A stretch of 41,640 bases of DNA from a bacterium (GCA_963663405.2 CAXXSM010000068.1:1-41640), one strand, 5' to 3'; positions 1-9,958 are shown, numbered from the stretch's first letter. A program made the numbers and translations. Notes: generated by a model not told the origin, from the sequence alone.

Positions 1-2501
1 GCGTTTCATTTTTTCCGTGTCGCCGTTCTTTTTGTAGAGCGCAATGAGATGGGCGGAGACGGAAATCTCATCGGGGAACTGTTGATTCAGTTGTTCTGTC
101 AGTTCAATCGCTTTTTTCAGTTTGCCTTCTTTATAGTAAATTCGCGCTTGGGCCAATTCATAGCGGGGCGTGTCTGGATTTCGTTCGATCGCTTGATCCA
201 GCAATTTCCGCGCGGACGAGTAATTCTCTTTGCGAAAAGCCAACCGGGCATTTAAGAACCAATACTGCGCGGAGCCCGAATCGTTTTTTTCAAGAGAATC
301 CAAGAAGGTTTGGGAGGCCGTTTCCTTATCCTGTTGGGTAACCCATCGGGCGTAGGCGAGTTGGTGGGGAAGAAAGCCACGCGCAGTCTCTTTTGCGATA
401 TTGTTTTTCCGGGTGTGGAATTCTTTCGGATCGTAGGTGGTTGAACTTTCAATCGCGGCGGCGGCGGCGTTCAACAGCATATATTCTTCCGCGGCTTCGG
501 CGGATTTTTTAGCCGTCTCCGAAAGGGCGGCGCTGAATGATCCCGGTAAAACCGCAATACAGACGCCATCAAGGATTTCCGTTTCGGTTAACAAATGGGG
601 ATCGGATGAAGTGACTCCTTCGGCGTAAAAAATTTCGCGGGATGGATCAACGCCCACGAGCAGCGTAAGAGTATTGAGCCGCTGATTGAGGAACATCTCA
701 CCCCGGCAGAGAATGACGGGGATCTTCTGTTTGATAAATTCCGTGAGAACATCCTTTGTTCCAATGAAGGGAATGACCCGGTACCGGGTACCAGAGATTC
801 CTTTGTATAAGACATTAATCAATTCATGAAACAAGAGGCCGCGCCGGGGATTGGTTCCCAACCGGTTGCTGACTGCAATAAACGATGTCCGGTCTCCCCA
901 ATGATTCATAATTTCAGAGATGACAAAGGGGGCCGCATAAGGGGAGAAACGGGACATCATGGTTGAAACACGGAACGATTGAATGGGTTCGGCGATCTCG
1001 CGAGAAGATCCGTTTAGATAGCGATCGGCGATCTCCGCTTGGTACGAATCCGGGAACTGTTTACGCAGATCTTGATAATACGACCGCGCTTGTCGGGAAT
1101 TGCCGGCCCGTACAGAGAGATCGGCGAGGAGCGACAGAATTTGGTAAGGCCGGAATTTGGGGGAATTTTTTTGCAATGCTTCCAATGTTTTTACCGCCTG
1201 CGCGAATTCACCGCGGCGGCGTTGGATCTCTGCGAGAACGAAGCGTTCGATGGAGTGATCCCCCCGGTTTTGAATCGCTGATTCGAGTTCCAGAGTGGCG
1301 CCGATCGAATCGTTGGAGAGAAGGTTGAGATACGCCTTATCCAATGATTCCAAATCGTTCATTGCTGAAATTTCTTTCCGGCGTTTTTGTTGAGACGAGG
1401 AAGCCAATTCCTCCAACCGTCCTGTCGGGGGGAAGAGCGCCGGGAACCGCGACTCGGCCCTGTTGGACCTGCATCGCCTTTTGGAGATAGTTATCCGCTT
1501 CCTCCATCCGATTCTGGGCCTTGCGGACAAGATGGCATGCGACATAAAAATCCTGGTTGGATTCAACTTTGTTTTCAAACGTTTCCAAGATGTCGTTGGC
1601 CGCTTTTAACTCATCCAATTCAAGCGCGTGAGAAACAAATTCGGCGATTAGGTAGGGATCCTCATATAAATATTTCCTAGAGCGAGCCAGGGTTTGACGC
1701 GCGGTATTCTTTTTGGTTTTGCACGATATCTTGCAGGATACTGAGACTTAACGCCCGGACATCTTTTGAATTGGCTTTCAGCAATCCAGAGATCAGTTCG
1801 TTGGACTGGTCCAGGTTATTCATGGCAATGGCGATCTTCGCCCGGTCGAGTGTGAGCCATTTTTCTAGAATCGGCGATCCCAGCCCGTCTTTCGCCTGAT
1901 CCAAATAGCGTTCCGCTTCGACAAAACGGCCTTCCCGCGCGGCGAGGATGCCTAACAGATAGTAGGAATAGGCGCCGATATCCCGGTCGGTCACATCGGT
2001 GTAAAGGAGCGAAATACGCCGTAAAACATATCATCGGCTTTCAATGCGATCAGAGTCAGGATGGCCGGAGGTTTTGGATTCTCAACCGCTTTCAGTTCCT
2101 TCTGGATGTCTTGGACTACGGTGTTTCGTTTGCCTCTTTCGATTTGCGCAATATAATCGGAATACGGTTTATTCTGCGCGAGGGAAGCGGGCGCTCGTTT
2201 AAGGGATTGTTGAAGCGAAGCGGTGATTGAGCCAAAAAAATCAAGAGTCAACCGCCGCGCTTCCGGGGACCGTTTGATTAATTCCAATTGTCCTGTGACA
2301 GCGGCGGCCAATTCCACCCGTTTCCCGAACGCGACGCTTTCAGACAGGATGAGAGTGCGCGCGTCATTCAAGTCTTTCAGGGAAAGCAAGGGCGTTCTCA
2401 TCCGCCGTCTGAGCAACCGCCATTGAGGAGAAAAAACAACCGGTTAGCGCCAATAGAAGAAAAAGGCTGATTAGGAATGGTTTGAATTCATTCTTTTGCA
2501 T
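1..2501 (-). CDS. Large TPR-repeat lipoprotein with a degenerate peptidase C39-like domain; frameshifted, 3' end runs off the window
   Basis: ATG at 2501 gives MQKNEFKPFLISLFLLLALTGC (lipobox). Fragments 1991..2416, 1677..1994 and 1337..1618 are TPR-like (YYLLGILAAREGRFVEAERYLDQA). I translated a further stop-free frame, absent from the ORF track, from ~1420 to base 1 (ELASSSQQKRRKEISAM...FVLAEIQRRRGEFAQAVKTLE...AAPFVISEIMNHWG...YWFLNARLAFRKENYSSARKLLDQAIERNP). Junctions are near 2432, 1995, 1680 and 1430. Confidence 0.75.
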
Positions 2502-2586
2502 AACTATTCTCGAATTTATGTATTGTGAAGATTCAGATGAACACTCTGCGGAAGGCGCTTCGACGCCGTCCACCAAGGGGATTGTT

Positions 2587-3504
2587 TCAGTTTACCGGCA
2601 ACCCGTATTGCTTCATCACTTGTTTGAGTGTATCGACACTGATTGGGGCCATGGGAACCATAGGGGAACGGAAATCCCCGCAATGAGGTACACCATAATC
2701 CGGCGCTTCGCTTAAAAGATTCACCGCCGTTTTCACGGGAAGGGGATTCGTTTCGATAAACATCGCCTTATTCAACGCGCTAAGAGAGCGATGTTTAATC
2801 AAAGCCGCTCCCGGATCTCCATCCAAATAGGCCCGGACCATTGCGCGCACGTCTTTGGGAACGATATTCGCGGAAACGGAGATCACGCCTTTCCCGCCGA
2901 TGGCGAGAATCGGCAGTGTCAACGCGTCATCCCCCGACCAGACATAGAATTCCTCGTCCGTCAGCCGGGCGATTTCCGAGATTTGATCCAGATTGCCGCT
3001 GGCTTCTTTAACGCCGATGATATTTTTTTCCTGTGAGAGTTCCACAGTGGTATCAATCGCTATATTGACGCCCGTCCGCCCTTGAATATTATAAAGAACT
3101 TGGGGAATATCCACTTCCCGCGCAAGGGTTTTGAAGTGACGGAGTAGACCGGCTTGTGTCGGTTTATTGTAATACGGGCAGACCTGTAGAGAGAGATCGG
3201 CGCCCGCCTCTTTCGCGTCCTGTGTGAGCTCGAGGGCTTCCTGCGTACTGTTGCTGCCGGTTCCCGCCATCAAGAGTGGATAGCGGTTATCCCCGCGAAT
3301 TGAACGCACATACGCTGCGCAGTGACGCACGATTTGTTTGTGTTCCACGTGATTAAGAGTGGCCGATTCGCCAGTCGTTCCACAGACCAGAACACAGTCC
3401 GTACCCGCGCGGGCATGAAAGTCGATCAACGTCTCTAACGCCTTATAATCGACCGCGCCGTTCTTAAATGGAGTGATTAACGCAACGGCTGTTCCTTCAA
3501 ACAT
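2587..3504 (-). CDS. dapA: 4-hydroxy-tetrahydrodipicolinate synthase
   Basis: Motifs ALITPF, GTTGES, GTGSNST, PYYNKP, LYNIQGRTG, IIGVKEASG (Schiff-base Lys), SGDD and ETNPLPVK. Confidence 0.97.
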   Translation of the reverse strand: MFEGTAVALITPFKNGAVDYKALETLIDFHARAGTDCVLVCGTTGESATLNHVEHKQIVRHCAAYVRSIRGDNRYPLLMAGTGSNSTQEALELTQDAKEAGADLSLQVCPYYNKPTQAGLLRHFKTLAREVDIPQVLYNIQGRTGVNIAIDTTVELSQEKNIIGVKEASGNLDQISEIARLTDEEFYVWSGDDALTLPILAIGGKGVISVSANIVPKDVRAMVRAYLDGDPGAALIKHRSLSALNKAMFIETNPLPVKTAVNLLSEAPDYGVPHCGDFRSPMVPMAPISVDTLKQVMKQYGLPVN

Positions 3505-3569
3505 GGATTTTAACCTTTCTTTTCCACTAGGTAATCAAGATAAATTCGACTATAACTATATGTCAGGTC

Positions 3570-3598
3570 ATGGTAAAAAGGCCGCGTGTCTCTGTCAA
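3570..3598 (-). promoter_or_regulatory. Putative sigma70-type promoter for dapA
   Basis: Minus strand reads TTGACA-17 nt-TACCAT, about 65 nt upstream of the dapA start. Confidence 0.5.
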
Positions 3599-3618
3599 CC
3601 AATAGGGAGACAGAGACA
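3587..3618. repeat. Perfect 10-bp inverted repeat in the divergent dapA / HD-GYP intergenic region
   Basis: TGTCTCTGTC (3587-3596), 12-nt spacer, GACAGAGACA (3609-3618); extends imperfectly to flanking A and T runs. Confidence 0.7.
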
Positions 3619-3798
3619 GCGCTTTTTCTTGTTGCGCCGTTTCGTTTTTGAGGCGCGCTTGGGATTTGTCGCTCTATGATTCAACTCGCGTATATATGTT
3701 GCGCTTCACCTGTTTTATCCTGATCCCGGTGAGAAATCACAAGGGGCAGTTTTGAATTGTCTTAGGTAAAACGCAGAATTCGGCGAACTATTCCTAAT

Positions 3799-4905
3799 AT
3801 GAAAAAAGAGAATCAAACATTGATCCAGTTAACCTCGAAACAACAGTCCGATGAGGACAGTGACTTGTTTTCGAACGCGAAACTTTTAATCGTCGATGAC
3901 GATACAATCATTTGCCGTATACTGACGGATTTCTTTTCCGAGATTGGTTTACAATGCACATCCACAACGGATTCAAGTCATGGGGCGGAACTCATCAAGG
4001 AAAAGGATTTCGATGTTCTCCTTTCGGATATTTATATGCCCGGCCTATCCGGTCATGATTTGTTGCAAATCGCGTTGAAACATGCGCCGCACACGCCGGT
4101 CATTTTAATGACGGGAAGCCCCTCGCTTGAAACCACGATCGAAGCGATCCGGCTGGGCGCGTATGATTATATGATCAAACCATTTAACATGGAATCGGCC
4201 GAATTCACACTCAAACGAGCGCTCAAATACCGTAACCTTATTTTGCAAAATCTCCGCTACCAACAAAACCTGGAATCGGAGGTGCAGGAACGCACGCGAG
4301 AGCTGAGTAGTTTTTTATTCGACGCGGTCCAATCTCTCTCCCTGGCGTTGGAAGCGCGCGATCCATACACGCAGGGTCACGGGGCGCGTGTCAGCAATCT
4401 GGTGATCCTTCTGGCGCAGGAATTGGGGGCTCCGGAAAGCGATTACGAAGCGCTCCGGTTAGCCTCCCTTCTGCATGATATTGGAAAAATCGGCGTTCCC
4501 GACTCGATTCTGCTTAAAGCGGAAACGCTGACGCCGGATGAATATGAAATTATGAAAGAGCATTCGTATATCGGTTACCGCATCCTCTCGCCGATCCCCT
4601 CCTTGAAAGAAGTGAGCCGGTACGTGAATGAACACCATGAACGGATGGATGGCAAAGGCTATCCTCAGGGTCTCCGGGGAGAGGAGATTCATCCGAACAG
4701 CCGGATTCTGATCGTAGCGGAGGTTTGTGACGCGCTGGCGACCGCCCGTTCGTATAAAAACGCCTGGCCGAAACATGAGATCGTGCAGTATTTCGAAAAA
4801 AACGCCGGCGCCGCCTACGATCCCGCTGTATGCGAGGCGTTGCTGAAGCTCCTCGATAAGAAAGGGGAAGAGATCATTCTGAATTTACAGAACTCGCATA
4901 GTTGA
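3799..4905 (+). CDS. Response regulator with HD-GYP c-di-GMP phosphodiesterase domain (RpfG-like)
   Basis: REC domain (LIVDDD, SDIYMPG, MTG, YMIKPF), coiled coil, then ARDPYTQGH, LHDIGKIG and HHERMDGKGYPQGL. Confidence 0.95.
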   Translation: MKKENQTLIQLTSKQQSDEDSDLFSNAKLLIVDDDTIICRILTDFFSEIGLQCTSTTDSSHGAELIKEKDFDVLLSDIYMPGLSGHDLLQIALKHAPHTPVILMTGSPSLETTIEAIRLGAYDYMIKPFNMESAEFTLKRALKYRNLILQNLRYQQNLESEVQERTRELSSFLFDAVQSLSLALEARDPYTQGHGARVSNLVILLAQELGAPESDYEALRLASLLHDIGKIGVPDSILLKAETLTPDEYEIMKEHSYIGYRILSPIPSLKEVSRYVNEHHERMDGKGYPQGLRGEEIHPNSRILIVAEVCDALATARSYKNAWPKHEIVQYFEKNAGAAYDPAVCEALLKLLDKKGEEIILNLQNSHS

Positions 4906-6089
4906 GAAACTCTTCGATGCGTTCCAGCGCCTCCCGTATTTCCTTCATTGACGTCGCGTAGGAACAACGCACGTAGCCTTCGCCACAAACGCCAAACGCC
5001 GTCCCCGGCACGACCGCCACTTTTTCGCGCTCCAACAGCCGCCGGGCGAATTCTTCCGAAGTCATTCCCGAAGACCGGATGCAGGGGAAAACATAGAAGG
5101 CGCCTTTGGGAACCATGCAGTCGAGACCCATTCGATTGAAATGATGCGCAATCAAGCGCCGCCGGGCGTCGTATTCCTTCCGCATCCGCTCCACTTCTTC
5201 GTCGCCATACCGAAGCGCTTCGATCGCCGCGTACTGTGTGCTTGTCGGCGCGCACATGACGCAATATTGGTGAATTTTAGTCATTGCCGCAATGACATCC
5301 ACCGGTCCAGCGGCAAAACCAAGCCGCCAGCCCGTCATCGCCCAGGCTTTGGAGAATCCATGCAATAAAATCAACCGGTCTCGTAATTCGGGAAAAGATG
5401 TGAAGGATACGCTCTGTTCTTCATAACTGAGAGGAAGATAGATTTCATCGCTGACGAGCAGCAGATCGTTGCGCAGGACAAAATCTTTGATCATTTCCGC
5501 CTGCTGGGGTGTCAATGTGGCGCCAGTGGGATTGTTTGGATAGTTGACAATAATCATTCGTGTCCGGGGGGACAACGCGCAATCCAGGTCTTCCCGGCAG
5601 GGCACAAAGCCATTTTCGGCTTTTGTGGAGATACGGATCACATTCCCACCCGTCAACATCGCCAACGGCGCGTAGGAGACAAAGGAAGGATCCACCACGA
5701 TCGCTTCATCCCCCGGTTCCAAAATAGCGCGAAACGCGAGATCCAACGCTTCGCTGCCCCCAATCGTGATCAAGATCTCATCCGCGGGATCATAGGCGCT
5801 GGCATGGACACGTTCTAAATACGCGGCGATTTCCTCCCGCAATTCGGGGACGCCATTATTGGCCGTATAACTCGTTCGGCCTAATTCCAACGCATGGATT
5901 CCCGCTTCACAAATATGCCAGGGAGTCGTAAAATCCGGTTCTCCCACACCCAGGGAAATGACGCCCGGCGTATCCGCGACAAGATCGAAAAAGACGCGAA
6001 TCCCCGACGGAGGGATCTCCTCGACTAAGCGGTTCACGCGCGTTCTCCGGGGATGGAATGGTTTCGGATAGGATTGATTTGGTTACCAT
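4874..6089 (-). CDS. PLP-dependent class I/II aminotransferase (YugH/AlaT/PatA-like)
   Basis: PPSGIRVFFDL, ISLGVGEPDF, NYPNNPTG, SDEIY and GFSKAWAMTGWRLG. The intact ORF is 4874..6037 (GTG); the likely true ATG is at 6089 with an indel near 6050. Confidence 0.92.
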
Positions 6090-6101
6090 GAGCCGTTCTC
6101 T

Positions 6102-6591
6102 TTAGGGACTGACTGGAATGCGTTCCCGTTCGGGATGTTCTACAAGAATGGTTCCCATTTCTTTATATTTTTTCAAAAGGAAATGAGACGCGGTTGAACG
6201 AACATTTGGCAAAACGGATAGTTTTTCCATTACAAATTCCGCCACCTCCCGCATCGTTTTTCCTTTAATGACGACAAGCAGATCGTAACCGCCGGACACG
6301 AGAAAGACGGATTGCACTTCCGGAAAGCGGTAAATCCCGTTCCGCGACTTTATCAAAACCGAATCCACGTTCCGGCTGGATGGAAACTTCAATGAGACAG
6401 CCGACTTTGTCTTCCATCGTACGTTCCGGATTGATGATGGTTTTATACCCTAAAATCGTCCCATCTTCTTCCATGGATTGGATTTCATAACGAACTTTTT
6501 CCTCTTCTTCTCCAATCATGACGGCAATGTCCGTCACGGTGGTCCTCGCATCCTTTTCCAAAATCTCCAAAATTTTCGTTCGAAGAGGCAT
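6102..6591 (-). CDS. Lrp/AsnC family regulator (YugG/AlaR-like), frameshifted
   Basis: HTH half (ILEILEKDARTTVTDIA) in ORF 6265..6600 and RAM half (IYRFPEVQSVFLVSGGYDL...TASHFLLKKYKE) in ORF 6102..6392. Removing one G at ~6338 rejoins them. It lies directly upstream of the aminotransferase, as in B. subtilis yugG-yugH. Confidence 0.9.
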
Positions 6592-6640
6592 GATCGTCAC
6601 TTTCCTTTAGGTATTGAACAAGCAAATTGAAAGCGTGAAT

Positions 6641-6752
6641 TCTATACAAACTCTTTTTCATCTCAACCATCAAGATCGAGATCACTACGTGTACTTAAAA
6701 ATGAGTCGCGGAGCAAATTCGAACGAGAAAGCCTTAGGAACTCATTTTCATA
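6641..6752 (-). repeat. Dispersed intergenic repeat, copy 1 (inverted relative to 8612-8760)
   Basis: Its reverse complement (TATGAAAATGAGTTCCTAAGGCTTTCTCGTTC...GTGATCTCGATCTTGATGGTT...) aligns by eye along its length with 8612-8722. Arms at 6649-6660, 6696-6707 and 6739-6750. Confidence 0.85.
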
Positions 6753-6885
6753 TAAAAAAAAGATGATGGAAATCATTTTCCTATCATCTTATCTATATTG
6801 TCGTTTGAATGGCGCAGTTTTCCAAGCTCACAGCGCGTGAAATCCACTTTTTTATTGTTTTTTTTACTTAAACCGATCCATCTCC

Positions 6886-7587
6886 TTATCCTGCAAAGTG
6901 AATTAAGTTTCGTTTTCCATTTTTCCAGCCAAAGCAATAGACAACGCCGGATCGATCGCCGGCCATATATTCACGTTGATATGACGTATGCAAATGCCCG
7001 TGGATGATAACGTTTACCCCTTCAGAAATAATCTGTTCATAGGCTCGTGGGGGAATTTGAAGCGTAATTTCGTCTTTGGCGGCGACGATCTTCTCGCTGG
7101 CCTGAGCCATTTGCTCAGCGGCGCGGATTCGCCAAGACGCTGGGAGCCGGTCCGCCAAAAAACGCATGAACCGCGCGCGGATCATGGTTTTATAGAACTG
7201 GTACGCCCAATCATTCCAGCAGAGTTCATCCCCATGACCGATATAAACGATCCGTCCCCCCATTTCAATCAAGGATGGATTTGGGAGCACATCAATCCAC
7301 GGCTGCTCGTCGAAAAAACGGGCCGCTAGAAAATCCCGGTTGCCTTCCAGAAAAAAGAGGTGAATTCCATCCCGGCTCCATTTCTGGAGCAGTTCTAGAA
7401 AAGAGGCATATTTTTCTTGAATGAAAGAGGATTCGTTGACCCAATAATGAAACGTATCCCCCAGGAAGAAAATGCGGCGCGTATTGGAGGGGATCTCATT
7501 GAGAAGCCGGTCGATCTCCTCTTCCCGGCCTCCTTTATGGTGCAGGTCCGCAATAAAAACAGTTTGTCCGGAAGCAGTCAAGTTCAC
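6886..7587 (-). CDS. lpxH: UDP-2,3-diacylglucosamine diphosphatase (LpxH-like metallophosphoesterase)
   Basis: ADLH, LGDTFHYW, EGNRDF (the NR signature of LpxH), GHGD-LC-ND-AYQ and HGHLH. Confidence 0.75.
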   Translation of the reverse strand: MNLTASGQTVFIADLHHKGGREEEIDRLLNEIPSNTRRIFFLGDTFHYWVNESSFIQEKYASFLELLQKWSRDGIHLFFLEGNRDFLAARFFDEQPWIDVLPNPSLIEMGGRIVYIGHGDELCWNDWAYQFYKTMIRARFMRFLADRLPASWRIRAAEQMAQASEKIVAAKDEITLQIPPRAYEQIISEGVNVIIHGHLHTSYQREYMAGDRSGVVYCFGWKNGKRNLIHFAG

Positions 7588-7608
7588 AATACTATATATT
7601 TAAAAGAG

Positions 7609-7637
7609 AAAAAGGGAGCGGCGTAATGGCCACTCCC
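7609..7637 (-). terminator. Rho-independent terminator downstream of the 273-aa gene
   Basis: Minus strand GGGAGTGGC-CATTAC-GCCGCTCCC followed by TTTTT. Confidence 0.7.
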
Positions 7638-7676
7638 CGAAAATCTGTTCTATCGTGATGGGAAAGGGCTGAGGTT

Positions 7677-8498
7677 TTAGAAGTATCCGCCACCTCCCAT
7701 GCCACCCATACCCATGCCGCCGCCCATGCCGCCCATGCCCATGCCACCGCCCATACCGCCACCCATCATGCTCATGCCGCCGCCCATCATACCGCCGCCG
7801 CCCATGATGCCCATATTACCCGACTGGGTATCGAGCCGGCGGCGCCGGAATTCTTCAACACGCTGCATTTTTTCCTGCAGTTGCTGACGATAGGCTTCAC
7901 GGCGAGCGTAGACGACTTGTCTTTCCAGGGCGCGTTTCCGGGCGCGATACCAGATTCGTTGATTGGCGGAGCGGGGACGAATCCAGCCCAAATATTCACC
8001 CAGAGTCATTTGTTCGGCGCCTTCAAAATCCAATCCCAATTCAGCGACGGGAATTTCGGCGATGATACCCACATCAGCTAAGGCTTGTCCCGCCTGCATT
8101 TGTTTGAATTGATAATCCAGCATCCGGTTGATTTCATCCCGTGAAAGTGTTTCGGTTCGGAAATTGGCGGCGGTCGTCTGTCCGAAGATCTCCATCTGCT
8201 CATCGATCGATTCTTGCATCCGATCGAGAATCACTTCCACAAAATCCACCATTTTCTGGTATTCCGGATTGGAACCAGCGGCTTGTTTGTATTGTTGATG
8301 CGCCAAGAGAAACTGGCGGCTTTGAAGAGCGATAAACGCTTGATTCGCTTGGGCTTGAGTCTGATCAAACGAACCAGAAACCGTGCTTTCCTGATTCGTG
8401 TTTGTCCCTGTATCCGCGCCTCCCACGCCTTGAGCGAAGCCCGTTTGCGTTACTCCAACAATGAGTAAAAGCGATAAAATCAGGCCAATCTGTTTCAT
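7677..8498 (-). CDS. Secreted helical protein with a C-terminal Gly/Met-rich tail
   Basis: Sec signal MKQIGLILSLLLIVGVTQTGFA-Q; a TPR-like helix pair; an Arg-rich coiled coil; ends MGIMGGGGMMGGGMSMMGGGMGGGMGMGGMGGGMGMGGMGGGGYF. Purine-rich RBS upstream. Confidence 0.85.
   Translation of the reverse strand: MKQIGLILSLLLIVGVTQTGFAQGVGGADTGTNTNQESTVSGSFDQTQAQANQAFIALQSRQFLLAHQQYKQAAGSNPEYQKMVDFVEVILDRMQESIDEQMEIFGQTTAANFRTETLSRDEINRMLDYQFKQMQAGQALADVGIIAEIPVAELGLDFEGAEQMTLGEYLGWIRPRSANQRIWYRARKRALERQVVYARREAYRQQLQEKMQRVEEFRRRRLDTQSGNMGIMGGGGMMGGGMSMMGGGMGGGMGMGGMGGGMGMGGMGGGGYF
7686..7815 (-). repeat. Gly/Met codon low-complexity tract (GM tract A)
   Basis: Runs of ATG/GGC/GGT codons encoding about 43 residues that are almost all G and M. 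Confidence 0.9.
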
Positions 8499-8565
8499 TA
8501 GTTCTCTCCCTTGATCGATTTATCTCATTCCCCGGATTTCGGAAGAATTCTTCTCTTATTTACTA

Positions 8566-8595
8566 ATTATAATAAGACCAACCACGAAGCGTCAA
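8566..8595 (-). promoter_or_regulatory. Putative sigma70-type promoter for the GM-tail gene
   Basis: Minus strand TTGACG-18 nt-TATAAT. Confidence 0.6.
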
Positions 8596-8611
8596 GTAAC
8601 TTGAAATTTAA

Positions 8612-8760
8612 TATGAAAATGAGTTCCTAAAACTTTCTCGTTCTAGATTTCTCTCGCAACTCATTTTCATCTGCACGTTGTGATCTCAATCATGATGGTT
8701 TATATGAAAATGAGTTTATAAGGCTCTCTCATTCATGTTGACTTTCGCAACTCATTTTCA
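8612..8760 (+). repeat. Dispersed intergenic repeat, copy 2: four alternating inverted 12-bp arms (REPIN/BIME-like)
   Basis: TGAAAATGAGTT at 8614-8625 and 8705-8716; its reverse complement AACTCATTTTCA at 8658-8669 and 8749-8760; spacers of 32, 35 and 32 nt. Confidence 0.9.
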
Positions 8761-8832
8761 TTTACAGGTTTTAAACCAAATCAAAGCGGTAAACATGTTT
8801 TTCCTGCGCAATTTTGTAAAATTCACATTATC

Positions 8833-9930
8833 TTATTTCTTCAATTCCGCATAAAGATTCTGTATGACCAATCGATTATCCGCGCAGAGGTAATCTAAAT
8901 GCCCGCCCATCCGATAGAAACTTTTACAGAAACGAAGAAAATAGGCCGCGTTTGTTTTCGGTGGTTCACCTTGGGCCCAATCCCAACCGCCACTGTCTTG
9001 AAGATCGACGATGAGGAATGAATGATTCTCAATCCGTTTCCCTTCCTGAAGCAGGACATTGTTTGCGAGGCTCATACATTTCTCAAACACTTGGGGGGCC
9101 ATAATCGCGCTGCCTACTGAGAGAAAGACGCCTCCACTTAGATTCAGAACCGATTGCGCGAACACTTGAAAATCAATGCCCCCTCCGCGTCCAATCGCTG
9201 AAGCGGTGTATAAGGGATGATTGGAGAAAATATCGTATCCAATTCCTGGATGCGCGGTCATTGGAACCTGTAATCGATACGCGTTCGCGGGGACGGAATA
9301 GCGTTTCCAAGGATGTTTGATCTCGCGCCGTCCGCCGGAGACCTCCGCCCGCTTCATCCATTGCAACAGATCGGCCCACGCGGGGGCCAGAGGATCGTCC
9401 GGCGTCTCACGGATGCGCTCTGCGAGCGTATTCCTTTCGGGCAGCGTCACACCATCTTCGTGGATGAAGCGTCCGGCGGATTCTCCCAATCCCCGATCTT
9501 CCGCGGCGCCGCTGACCGCGGCGAGATTGATATTCGTTCCGGTCTCTTCCCATGTTCCGAATGTGCCCGTTTTCACATTTTCCCGGACGCTTTCCGTCGA
9601 ACGCCCAAAAAAACTGTACTCCCAATCGTGAATGAGGCCCGCGCCGTTCGTCGCCAGATGCGTCAGCCATCCTTCTTCCATCATCCGGATCAGAGTGGGT
9701 CCTAATCCGTTGCGGATCAGATGGGCGCCATAGGTCAACATAACGGACGCGCCGCGTTCCCGCGCCGCCCGGATCCGTCCAGCCGTGTCACGGATCATCT
9801 CTTCATCCGCGCCCGGCGGTGGCGGGGGGGAATCGGGATCGATGACGATCTCTTCAATCGAGGTTAAACTGTGACGTTGTTCAAGCGGATAGACTTGAAC
9901 TCGATTTAAATCAAGCCGTGGATGAGGCAT
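8833..9930 (-). CDS. Deoxyhypusine-synthase-like NAD-binding protein, function unknown
   Basis: LTYGAHLIRNGLGP, HLATNGAGLIHDWE, GLGE, HPGIGYDI and GSAIMAPQVFEK resemble the short bacterial DHS-like family. Confidence 0.65.
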   Translation of the reverse strand: MPHPRLDLNRVQVYPLEQRHSLTSIEEIVIDPDSPPPPPGADEEMIRDTAGRIRAARERGASVMLTYGAHLIRNGLGPTLIRMMEEGWLTHLATNGAGLIHDWEYSFFGRSTESVRENVKTGTFGTWEETGTNINLAAVSGAAEDRGLGESAGRFIHEDGVTLPERNTLAERIRETPDDPLAPAWADLLQWMKRAEVSGGRREIKHPWKRYSVPANAYRLQVPMTAHPGIGYDIFSNHPLYTASAIGRGGGIDFQVFAQSVLNLSGGVFLSVGSAIMAPQVFEKCMSLANNVLLQEGKRIENHSFLIVDLQDSGGWDWAQGEPPKTNAAYFLRFCKSFYRMGGHLDYLCADNRLVIQNLYAELKK

Positions 9931-9958
9931 AATTGATTCCAGTCACTCCAAATGGTTA

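Noticed and set aside
3505-3798. Lysine riboswitch upstream of dapA
   Set aside because: The predicted leader is too short (~60 nt) and I see no L-box consensus elements.
4874-4905. 32-bp convergent overlap of the HD-GYP and aminotransferase 3' ends as antisense regulation
   Set aside because: Short tail-to-tail overlaps are common and there is no further evidence.
7677-8498. GroEL or DnaK fragment because of the GGM tail
   Set aside because: It has a signal peptide and no chaperonin or Hsp70 motifs in the body.
8612-8760. CRISPR array (short repeats with 32-35 nt spacers)
   Set aside because: Repeats are only 12 bp and alternate in orientation, spacers 1 and 3 resemble each other and recur in the second copy, and there are no cas genes.
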